Below are positions 8,398 to 16,631 of a DNA stretch of 64,000 bases, in pieces. The position numbers were made by a program, and so were the translations under genes. The notes beneath the pieces were generated by a model. The model was not told the DNA's origin, did not search any database, and saw only the letters and a list, made by a program, of their open reading frames with translations. Source of the stretch: Longimicrobiales bacterium. Lineage in GTDB: Bacteria > Gemmatimonadota > Gemmatimonadetes > Longimicrobiales > Gaopeijiaceae. The DNA lies in contig JAWLHJ010000001.1 of NCBI GenBank assembly GCA_041690395.1, forward strand, positions 832,001 to 896,000, read 5' to 3'. Within the stretch, counting starts at the first letter, position 1, and every line of letters begins with the position of its first letter.

Positions 8398-11300
8398 TCG
8401 CCATCTCCCCGTACCGCACCAACGCGTTCACCATGCGCATCTGCGCGGGCCGGCGGCACTCCGCCGTGAGGAGGCGGGGGCTCGCCACCACGACCGTGGC
8501 CGCCCGTGCCCGAGACGTGGCCACGTTCAGGCGGTCGAGGGCGTAGAGGAACTCCATGCCGCGGGGCGCGTCGTCCGCGCTCGAGCTGGCGAGCGAGTAG
8601 ATGGCCACGGGGGCTTCCTGCCCCTGGAACTTGTCGACGGTGCCGACGCGGGGCTGGTCGAAGCCAGCGCCCCTCAGGGCCTTCCGGATGCGGTCGACCT
8701 GTGCGTTGTACGGTGCGACCACGAGAAGATCGTCGATCGTGAGCCGGTGCGTCTCACCCTTCCGGTCGGTGAACGTCGCCCCGTTCGCGAGCAACCTGCG
8801 GAACACCCGCACGACCGCGTCCGCTTCCTCCTCGCTCTCCCGGCTGTTCCCCTCGTGCGCGACCTCCTCCAGGTGGAGGCCCCGGAGGGTCGAGCCGTCC
8901 GCGAGCCCGATGCGCTGCCGCTCGAGATCCGGCCGGGGCTCGAGCTTCCCCTCGTAGAACAGCTCCGACGTGTACGCCGTGATCTCCGGGCGCATGCGCC
9001 ACGTCTCGCCCAGGAAGAGCCCCTGCTCGGGCGTGAGGATGCCGTCCTCCCGGGCCAGGTGCTCCAGCACCGACACCTCGGTGCCGGGCGGGTGGATCCC
9101 CTTCTGCGGCTGGTTGAGCTGCTGTGGATCGCCGAGGAGCACGAGCCTCGGGGCGGCGGGAGCCACGGCCAGGGCATTTGCGAGCGAGAACTGCCCGGCC
9201 TCGTCGATGAACAGCAGGTCGACCGACCGTACCATGTCCGCCCGCGACCAGAGCCAGGCGGTGCCGGCCACGAGGTTGAAGGGGTCGTCTTCGTCCCTGC
9301 TCTCCGCGAGCGCCTTCTGCGCGTCACCCGACCCCGTGATGTGGGTTACGCGCAGGTCGGCACAGTGCTCGTCGCGGCTCGCCTGCAGTCCCCGGACGCG
9401 CGTCGGCTCGTCGTCCTCGTCCGCGTCGCACACCGCGTCCAGGAGGTTGGTGATGACCTTGTGGCTGGGTCCGGTCACGCCGACGGTGAGCCCGGCCCGG
9501 AGAAGTGCGCGGATCATGCGAGCGCCGCTGTAGGTCTTGCCGGTGCCGGGCGGGCCCTGGATGGGGAGCACGCCGGGCTCGAGGCGGAGGGCGGCCGAGC
9601 GGGCGCGATCGAGGAGGGCGGCGCCGGGGGCGACGTCGGGAAGATTGGACGGCCGGTCCTCTCCGCCGTCGCCCCCTCGCCCGAACCGTGGCGGCTCCCC
9701 CCGGAGCAGCGCGAGCGATGCCGGGCTCCAGGTCTCGAGTGCGTCCTCTCCCTCGAGTAGGAGGCGGGCGGTTCGGCGGAGCTGCGCCCGCTGGGTCTTC
9801 GTGCCGACGATCTCGTCGCGGAAGAGCGCCTCGACGGCCCCCGGGTCGAACTCCGTGGTCTTGCCCACCTTCAGCTCGATCCACCCCTCCACGTCGTCGA
9901 TGGCCCATACCATGCGCGACTTGTCATTTTCCCCGGGCTCGCGCGACGGCTCCTTCGCGTTCTTGCCCGGCTCCAGCCGGTGCTCCTGCGGCGGAAACGT
10001 GAACCGGTAGATGAACGACCGCGCCTCGGCGCGCTTACTCCCCGTGTATTCCAGCCCCGCCAGCGGCGTGGTCTCCCCGATGAGCTCGTCGATGGACAGC
10101 TCTCGCAGCCGGAAGTAGTCCCACCACGCGGTCTTGTCTTCACGGCGGTGCCATTCCATGAGATGCGCGACCAGCCAGCGGATCTGTTGCGCCGGAGATC
10201 GGTCCTCCCGTTCCTCGGACACCCGCTCGAGGAGCGCCTCCATGAGCTCCGCTACTTCACCGGCGTCCTCGTCCTCCCTCTCCTCGCGCTCCACGGGCGG
10301 GACGGGGCGGGGAATCGGGCCCTCGCGAGCCTCCAACTCGCTGCGCAGCTCCTCCAGCCAGTCGCGGAGCGCTCGCGTGGAGACGCAGTCGTCGCGGTTG
10401 TATCGCTCGACCACGTCGCGGTCGGCGAGCGCCTCCTCGTCGCGCAGCCCCAATGCCAGCGCGTATTCCAGTCGATGCCTGGCCGGATTCGCGTCGTCCA
10501 TGGGGACCTCGCGCTCGAACCCGTAGTGCGCTTCGAGGGCCTTGATGGAATAGCTCTCCACGGAGGCCCGCACGCCCTGCCGGACGACCCGGTGGAGATC
10601 GACGAACACTTCGTGCTGGAGGAGACGGTCGAGGGCGACGGTGCCCACGCCGTAACGCCCCACCAGCCGCTTGAGGGCCGTGGGCTCGTAATGCCCGAAG
10701 TGGTAGATGTGCGCCCCGGGATGCGCCTCCACGTGTGCCTCGGCCTCGGCCAGGAAGCGCGCGAGGGCCGCCTTTTCCTCGTCCGGTGTGAGCGCCCAGG
10801 TGCTGCGGAACCGGTCTTCGGTGTCGCTGATCCCCCACAGATACTCGAGCCCCTCGTCGTAGGCGTAGTCCGCGCCCTCGAAGTCGAAGAACCAGTCGTG
10901 CGGCGTGGGCTCGGGGAGCGCGGCGAGGCCGAGGGCCGGGCCGCCCGGGTACGACTCGAGCGGGAGCAACTCGTGCACGGGGGTGCCGCCGGCGCGGCCC
11001 TCGAGCTGCACGCGGGCCTGCTCGCGGACGCGCTGGAACGACCGTGCGCGGAGCCCCTCGGGCAGGGTGTCGAGCGGGTGAGCGGCGAGGGCCGCCAGGG
11101 TGGTCACGCCTGCCCGTTCGAGCGCCTGCCGCTGGTCTCGCCGGATGCCCGCCACCAGCGACAGGTGATCGGACTCGACACGCTCGTCCCGGCACCGGGC
11201 GCGCCAGTCGCAGATCCGGCACAGCTCGACGGGATCGGGCGCGACGGGGAGCTCGTCGGCCGAGCGCGGCGCGGTCCGCAGGTGATCTCCCATGCGCGAG

Positions 11301-11914
11301 ACGAGGGAGCGCTGATATGCCGCGAAGTGTGCCAGGCGGAACGAGACTCGCCGCGGGGCCGGGCCGCCAAGGTAGAGGTGTATCCGCTCGGGCCGCACGC
11401 CCTGGACCCGCGCGAGCATCTCGGAATAGACGCTCGTCTGCAGCACCGCCGAAGCCTTCGCTTCACGGGTGAGCTTTGCGTCGGCGACCTCGTACGACCA
11501 CGGGCCGAAGACGCTGGGCGCGCCGGCGGGGCGATCGACCTTGAGGAGGAAGTCCACGAACCCGAGCCACCGGCCTTCGTAGAGCGTGCCCTGGTAGATG
11601 ACGTCCCACCCCTCGCGCATCGCCGCCAGCGTCTCGTCGTGCCGCCGCTGGTAAGCCGCGGCATTCCCGTACTCGCCCTCTTGCAGCGGGCCGAAGCGCT
11701 TCACCTGCTTCCCTTCCACCTCGAATCGCTGGAGGTAGCCCTCTTCGTGCTCGATGCCCCGCTGCTTGAGCAGGTCGAGCCGTGGGTCCTCGAAGCGCAT
11801 GCGCTTCAGGAGTCCGTCGACGCGCGCCCGGTCCAGCCAGGTCCGTTGCGCACACCCGGAGAAGGCCGCCAGGTCGGTGGGCGAGAGGACGAGGTCGGAG
11901 GCGGTTCGATGCAT
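8375..11914 (-). CDS. TM0106-family RecB-like nuclease / RNase H-like / SF1 helicase fusion
   Basis: SPTDL N-terminus, DFL...YEVADAK nuclease, FFDFE...YSIK.LE...YNRDD RNase H-like domain, QGPPGTGKT, DEAGQ, GDPQQL, GTVDKFQGQE, RLNVATSRA. Confidence 0.92.
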   Translation of the reverse strand: MHRTASDLVLSPTDLAAFSGCAQRTWLDRARVDGLLKRMRFEDPRLDLLKQRGIEHEEGYLQRFEVEGKQVKRFGPLQEGEYGNAAAYQRRHDETLAAMREGWDVIYQGTLYEGRWLGFVDFLLKVDRPAGAPSVFGPWSYEVADAKLTREAKASAVLQTSVYSEMLARVQGVRPERIHLYLGGPAPRRVSFRLAHFAAYQRSLVSRMGDHLRTAPRSADELPVAPDPVELCRICDWRARCRDERVESDHLSLVAGIRRDQRQALERAGVTTLAALAAHPLDTLPEGLRARSFQRVREQARVQLEGRAGGTPVHELLPLESYPGGPALGLAALPEPTPHDWFFDFEGADYAYDEGLEYLWGISDTEDRFRSTWALTPDEEKAALARFLAEAEAHVEAHPGAHIYHFGHYEPTALKRLVGRYGVGTVALDRLLQHEVFVDLHRVVRQGVRASVESYSIKALEAHYGFEREVPMDDANPARHRLEYALALGLRDEEALADRDVVERYNRDDCVSTRALRDWLEELRSELEAREGPIPRPVPPVEREEREDEDAGEVAELMEALLERVSEEREDRSPAQQIRWLVAHLMEWHRREDKTAWWDYFRLRELSIDELIGETTPLAGLEYTGSKRAEARSFIYRFTFPPQEHRLEPGKNAKEPSREPGENDKSRMVWAIDDVEGWIELKVGKTTEFDPGAVEALFRDEIVGTKTQRAQLRRTARLLLEGEDALETWSPASLALLRGEPPRFGRGGDGGEDRPSNLPDVAPGAALLDRARSAALRLEPGVLPIQGPPGTGKTYSGARMIRALLRAGLTVGVTGPSHKVITNLLDAVCDADEDDEPTRVRGLQASRDEHCADLRVTHITGSGDAQKALAESRDEDDPFNLVAGTAWLWSRADMVRSVDLLFIDEAGQFSLANALAVAPAAPRLVLLGDPQQLNQPQKGIHPPGTEVSVLEHLAREDGILTPEQGLFLGETWRMRPEITAYTSELFYEGKLEPRPDLERQRIGLADGSTLRGLHLEEVAHEGNSRESEEEADAVVRVFRRLLANGATFTDRKGETHRLTIDDLLVVAPYNAQVDRIRKALRGAGFDQPRVGTVDKFQGQEAPVAIYSLASSSADDAPRGMEFLYALDRLNVATSRARAATVVVASPRLLTAECRRPAQMRMVNALVRYGEMATTPSPAP

Positions 11915-11976
11915 GGGTGGTGGGTAGGGCCGGTGGAGAGGTGGCGCCGACGGGGGCAGACTGCTCGTAAGGTGAG

Positions 11977-11999
11977 AGGATAGGGGGTGGGGGTGACAA
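11977..11999 (-). promoter_or_regulatory. PafBC/RecA-NDp-like promoter TTGTCAC-N10-TATCCT
   Basis: Minus strand reads TTGTCAC CCCCACCCCC TATCCT, 62 nt upstream of the nuclease-helicase ATG. Confidence 0.6.
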
Positions 12000-12049
12000 C
12001 GGGCCAGCGCGGGAGCTGATCCCCACGTCCGACCCCCACCCGCGCTGCG

Positions 12050-13120
12050 TCACGGGTCGAATCCGACCATGAGGTGGACGGGTAACTGGCAGGTACCGCC
12101 CGTAAGGAGCGAGAGTGTCTGCTTCTGGTCCAGCCACGTGGCGCGCACGAGCCAGTCGCAGTCCGGATCCTCGATATCCTGTGGGAACCAGAGATGGAAG
12201 CTTCCGTCGTCGAGCGTCTCGGCGGTGGCGACCACCGTCGAGTCGGAGGGGTCGAGCAGCTCGAGTCGGGCCTCGCCCGCACCGACTCGCTCCCATGGGT
12301 TCCCCTGCTCGTCCGGGGCGAGCACGAGCCCTTCGGCCGCCTTGTGCGTTCCGCGGCGGACATCGGGGAGTGTTCTGCCGCTCTCGCAGGCCGGTCGCAC
12401 CGCACCGGCGAGGGAAGGATGTTCCGTCCCGCCCGCCCAGACCTCAGCCTGGACCTCCTGGCAGAGCCAGACACGCTCCCCCATGTCCGTGGTCTCGAAC
12501 CGGTACACACCCTCGGCGTCCGGCGCGATCTGAGCCGACAGCTCGGGGCCGTCGAAGCCCCGCGGCCGAAGCAGGAGCCGGGCAAATGCGTCGTCGGGGT
12601 GCGCGGGGACGCCGTCGACCAGGATGCGTCCGGTTACGACGAACGGCTCGTCGAGTGGAGTCGTGTATGCCGGAAGCTGGAAGTCCGCGCCCCTCCGCGG
12701 CGAGGACGACCCTTCGCACGGCCCCCCGTCGTGATTCGGCAGGAGGGGTGTGAACTCGGTGACGTCGCCCGTCCACAGCACCGCCCGGGCGAGGTAGCCG
12801 CAGGCGGTCGAGGGGAAGTCCGTGCCGAGGTCGATCTCGTAACCTCCCCACTGGGTCATGACGGAATCGACAGCACGGAGTGTGTCGAACGGAGCGAAGA
12901 CCCTGACCGTGGCTTCTTCGATCACGACCGGGTCGTCGCCGACGTACACGCTTCCCGTCACCGCGAACCGTGGGGGAGCCATGTAGCCGCCGCGAGGGCC
13001 CCATCCGGACAGGTCCCAGGTGCCGGGACCGAGAATGTCGAACTCGCAACCGGCAAGGCCGAGGGATAGCACACACAGGAGAGACGGAAGTACGGTGACG
13101 GTCAGGCGCGGGCGTGGCAT
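12050..13120 (-). CDS. Hypothetical lipoprotein with three repeated beta-rich Cys-containing domains
   Basis: GGAGGA RBS; lipobox LAGC; repeated 'V.G.V.V.....A.V.L...D...G.Y' units with paired Cys. Confidence 0.6.
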   Translation of the reverse strand: MPRPRLTVTVLPSLLCVLSLGLAGCEFDILGPGTWDLSGWGPRGGYMAPPRFAVTGSVYVGDDPVVIEEATVRVFAPFDTLRAVDSVMTQWGGYEIDLGTDFPSTACGYLARAVLWTGDVTEFTPLLPNHDGGPCEGSSSPRRGADFQLPAYTTPLDEPFVVTGRILVDGVPAHPDDAFARLLLRPRGFDGPELSAQIAPDAEGVYRFETTDMGERVWLCQEVQAEVWAGGTEHPSLAGAVRPACESGRTLPDVRRGTHKAAEGLVLAPDEQGNPWERVGAGEARLELLDPSDSTVVATAETLDDGSFHLWFPQDIEDPDCDWLVRATWLDQKQTLSLLTGGTCQLPVHLMVGFDP

Positions 13121-13215
13121 GTGATCCTCCAGGAGCGATATGGAACGCACCCGAAGGATGCAGCGTGTGGCCGCGCCCGTACGTACGTATGGCTACGTAA
13201 TCGACTACGGACCGT

Positions 13216-13632
13216 TCAGCCGGTCGTGTCCGCGGGTCGCTCCCCCACGCGTGTCGCGATCCACCATTGGTTCCCCGCCGGGTCCTCGACACCGCCGGTG
13301 CGGTCGCCGTAGTCCTGGGTGGAGACCTCGCGGACGGGCTTACCGCCGGCCGCCACGGCGCGCCTGAAGACCTCGTCCACGTCCGGCATGTAGAGGTGGA
13401 TCATCGCCTTGTAGCCGGTCCACTCTTCCTGGGCTTCACCGAGCATGACGACCGAGTCTCCGATGCGCACCTCGGCGTGCATCACGCGGCCTTCCGGAGT
13501 GCGGTGAAGCTCCAGCTCCGTGGCTCCGAACGCGTCCTTCATGAACTCGATAATGCGGTCGCCGTCCGGGACAATGAGGTAGGGGCTGACGGTGTGGTGT
13601 CCCTCGGGGACTCCTGGGGCAGGCGATGTCAT
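13216..13632 (-). CDS. VOC/glyoxalase (PhnB-like) protein
   Basis: HTVSPYL, FMKDAFGA, MHAEVRIGDS, YGDR.GGVEDPAGNQWWI. Confidence 0.9.
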   Translation of the reverse strand: MTSPAPGVPEGHHTVSPYLIVPDGDRIIEFMKDAFGATELELHRTPEGRVMHAEVRIGDSVVMLGEAQEEWTGYKAMIHLYMPDVDEVFRRAVAAGGKPVREVSTQDYGDRTGGVEDPAGNQWWIATRVGERPADTTG

Positions 13633-13733
13633 GGGGGCCTCCGGTTCGGTTCTCGTGCTCGACTCCCCACGATAGTGGGCCGCCCGGCCATCGTCTTGGA
13701 AAAAATGCCACCGCCGACCGAGGGTCGCCGGCC

Positions 13734-14585
13734 TCACTCCGGGTGCTCCGCCAGGCTCGGACTCTCCGGGAAGCGGTGCGCCGCGCGGTACGCCGACGGG
13801 GTGAATCCGGACATCTCCCGGAACTCGCCGTTGAAGTGTGGCTGGTCGTAGTATCCGGCCTGGAGGGCGATGTCGGAGAGCGGGCCGTCGCCTTCCATGA
13901 CCAGGTCGAGCGCGCGACGGAACCGGTGGATCCGCGCCAGACGCTTGGCGCTCACGCCGACCTGAGCCCGAAAGGCCGCGTGCATGCGCGTGCGGGACCA
14001 TCCCGTGCGCTGCGTGAGGTCCCCGATCGACACGTTGCCGCCCCGCTTCTCGATGGTCCGGCTCATCCACGCCACGGCCGCATCGGGCCTCGGGCCGGAG
14101 CGCGCCCGCTCCTCCACCCACTCGGCCGCGGCGCGGAGGCGCCCCTCGGGGGTTCGGGCGGCGGCGCAGAGGTCGGTGAGCCGCCGCGCGTCACCGTCCG
14201 CGAGGTCCTCGAGGTCGACGGTGATGCCGGTGAGGGGCTCCAGCGGATGGCCGAGCACCGTATACGCGCCCAGGGGCCGGAGTCGGATGCCCAGGACCGC
14301 GCTCCAGCCGGGCGGCGCCTCGATGACGTCCGGCCCGAGGAGCAGCCCGGACGCGCACGTCAGCGGGAAGAGCTCGGTGCCGGAGCTCTCCACGTGCCGG
14401 TAGCGTTCGCCGAGGTGGACGACGATCTCCGCCCGGCCGGTGGGACAGTGCCGTTCCCGCAGATGCGTGAGGCTCCCCTCGAAGTACCAGATCCCCTCGA
14501 CGAGTCCGGCGAGTCGCTCCGGCTCGCAGCGGGCGAGGAGCCAGCGGCCGAGCTCGGAGTCGTGGCGCTCGATACGGATGGACAT
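13734..14585 (-). CDS. AraC-family transcriptional regulator
   Basis: C-terminal double HTH 'F...VGVSAK..ARI.RF...IALQAGYYDQPHFN.EFR.MSG.TP'. Confidence 0.9.
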   Translation of the reverse strand: MSIRIERHDSELGRWLLARCEPERLAGLVEGIWYFEGSLTHLRERHCPTGRAEIVVHLGERYRHVESSGTELFPLTCASGLLLGPDVIEAPPGWSAVLGIRLRPLGAYTVLGHPLEPLTGITVDLEDLADGDARRLTDLCAAARTPEGRLRAAAEWVEERARSGPRPDAAVAWMSRTIEKRGGNVSIGDLTQRTGWSRTRMHAAFRAQVGVSAKRLARIHRFRRALDLVMEGDGPLSDIALQAGYYDQPHFNGEFREMSGFTPSAYRAAHRFPESPSLAEHPE

Positions 14586-14636
14586 GGAGGTTTGCCAAGG
14601 CGGAGGGCGCGAGGCAAGCGCCGCGCCCCCACCGCG

Positions 14637-15116
14637 TCAGCCGCGCTGGTACGTCCCCACCAGCCGATTCATCCCGATCACGTGCGGCTCGATCTTCTTC
14701 AGGAGCTGCTCCATGGTGAGCCCGGCCTCCAGGTCGAGCGCCTCGTCCAGGGCCAGGACCCAGAAGAAGTAGTGATGCACCCCGTGCCCCTCGGGGGGCA
14801 TGGGGCCGCCGTAGCCGTCGCTCCCGAAATCGGACCGGCCCTCGGTGTACGCCCCGCCGCCGCCCTCGGGAATGCCGCTAACCGTTCCGGGGATCCCGTA
14901 GAGGAGCCAGTGCACGAAGCCGTAGCTCCCGGGCTTGCAGAGCGGCGCGTCGGGGTCGTGGCAGAGGACGACGAATGCTTCGGCTTCGTCCGGCGCGTCG
15001 GACCACTCCAGCGCCGGCGAGACGTCCTCGCCCTCGCCCGTGTGCTTCTTCGGGATGCGGCCGTGATTGTCGAAGGCGGGCGAGCGGACCTGCATGGGGG
15101 AAGGGGCGAAGCCCAT
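14637..15116 (-). CDS. YbhB/YbcL (PEBP/Raf kinase inhibitor-like) protein
   Basis: SPAF, SPALEW, DPDAP, HW, YGGP.PP.GHG.HHY.F. Confidence 0.92.
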   Translation of the reverse strand: MGFAPSPMQVRSPAFDNHGRIPKKHTGEGEDVSPALEWSDAPDEAEAFVVLCHDPDAPLCKPGSYGFVHWLLYGIPGTVSGIPEGGGGAYTEGRSDFGSDGYGGPMPPEGHGVHHYFFWVLALDEALDLEAGLTMEQLLKKIEPHVIGMNRLVGTYQRG

Positions 15117-15340
15117 CGTCTTGTCTCCTGTTTGCGGCGTGCGACTCGGTATCCGGAAGGTGCAGGGCCGGCGTCCCGTCTGTCCAGCGGAGGGTGGCCT
15201 TTCCGTCGAGCGAGCGCACGGCCCTCGGCGTCCGAGTGGCGCCAAGTCGCGCGGGGGGCTTAGTCTGACCGACCGCCAGACCACCCGAGTCGCCGCTGGG
15301 CCCGTCCTGGGCCCCGGCTCACACGTCCAGGAGAGTGCAA

Positions 15341-15994
15341 ATGCGATATGCGTCGCGCCCCGCCGCCATGATGTTGGCCCTCGTAACCGCGTTGGCCGCG
15401 TGCGAGGGCTCCTCGGGCCCGACGGGTCCTGCCGGACCCGCCGGGCCCGAGGGCCCCGAAGGGGCGCAGGGAGAGCAGGGGCCGCCCGGAACGGCGAACA
15501 TCATATCCGGACGCACGACCCTCACCGAGGCCGATTGGTCGAGCAGCACCCTCAGCATGACGTTCTCCTTCAGCCCGAACAGCGAGATCTTCCGGGCGCC
15601 CGCACGGTACGTGGACGTGGCGGCTCCCGAGATCACGTCCGAGGTCTACGAGAACGGGGCGGTACTGGTCTGGCTGAACGTCAGCAACCTCCAGGAGCAC
15701 TTCGCCCAGCTGCCATATCGATTCTTCCGCAACTCGTTCAACGCGTTCACCTGGACGTACGACGTGGTGGTCACCGAGGGCAACCTGCGCTTCCTCTTCA
15801 TGCACGAGAAGCTGGATCCCGCGGTGACGCCCCCGAGCCCGCTGGACGTCACGCAGCCGGACCGGGTCTTTCGGTGGGTGATCATTCCTCCCGCGGCCGG
15901 GATCGCGGCCGAGACCCTGCCGCTCTCGCAGGGAGCCGACGCGACGCTCGGCGCCCTCGAGCAGATGGGGTTCGGTGTGCTGACCGTACGCTGA
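15341..15994 (+). CDS. Lipoprotein with short collagen-like (GXY)n segment
   Basis: GGAG RBS; lipobox LAAC followed by GPTGPAGPAGPEGPEGAQGEQGPPG-TAN. Confidence 0.75.
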   Translation: MRYASRPAAMMLALVTALAACEGSSGPTGPAGPAGPEGPEGAQGEQGPPGTANIISGRTTLTEADWSSSTLSMTFSFSPNSEIFRAPARYVDVAAPEITSEVYENGAVLVWLNVSNLQEHFAQLPYRFFRNSFNAFTWTYDVVVTEGNLRFLFMHEKLDPAVTPPSPLDVTQPDRVFRWVIIPPAAGIAAETLPLSQGADATLGALEQMGFGVLTVR

Positions 15995-16052
15995 GCGCGG
16001 CGGGGCCGGGCCGGGCGACCAACTGTCGCCCGGCCCCGCGGGCGTGGACCAG

Positions 16053-16142
16053 CCGCCGGGTTCGCGTGGGCCACCGGGTTTGCGTAGGCCACCGGGTTCG
16101 CGTAGGCCACCGGGTTCGGGCGAGCCGGAAGGTTCGGGCGAG
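16053..16142. repeat. 18-bp tandem repeat x5 (CCACCGGGTTCGCGTAGG-like)
   Basis: Units start at 16053, 16071, 16089, 16107, 16125, degenerating rightwards. Confidence 0.85.
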
Positions 16143-16179
16143 CCACCCGGGTGTGGGCCGCCGGTTCGGGCGACCTCGG

Positions 16180-16359
16180 GCGGGGAAAAGTGCACGATCC
16201 TGCACGGTCGGACTGATACATGGTGGGTTTTCCCCGCTGAGCGGGGCAAAGTGCACAGTCGCGGGGCGCCGTCCGCATCCATGTGAGGTTGTCCCCGCAT
16301 AGCGGGGACAATCCATACATTCGTCCGCTGGGCCTGCACGATCGTGCAGTTGTCCCCGG
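16180..16359. repeat. Three 58-bp palindrome-ended elements at 61-bp period (REP/MITE-like)
   Basis: 16180-16237, 16241-16298, 16302-16359; each GCGGGG(A/C).AA...TT.TCCCCG; 3-bp spacers TGA and ATA; third unit inverted. Confidence 0.75.
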
Positions 16360-16485
16360 CGAGCCGGGGCAGGGCGACGTGTGGTTCTCCCCGCCGGGGC
16401 CGGAGCCGGGCGACCGTGCAGCATTCCCCCGCCGGGCCGGGCCCGGCCGCCGATCCGCCGGGCCCGGCCCCGCTTGTGGCTTCAG

Positions 16486-16631
16486 CCTCCCGGGAGCGCT
16501 CGGCCCACCCCCGGCCGCGCCCCCGCGTCCGGCCTTCCCGGGAGCGCTCGCCTCACCCCCGGCCGCGCCTTCCACGTCCGGCCCTCGCGGGAGGCCCCGC
16601 TTCACCCCCCCGGCCGCGCCCCCGCGTCCGG
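16486..16631. repeat. ~48-bp tandem repeat x3 including the 3' end of ggt
   Basis: CACCCCCGGCCGCGCC..C.CGTCCGG core repeated; the third copy encodes the ggt C-terminus and stop. Confidence 0.75.

Noticed and set aside
16180..16370. Type I-E CRISPR array
   Set aside because: Repeats are non-identical with 3-nt loops, spacers are related to each other (one inverted), and no cas genes or AT-rich leader are in the window.
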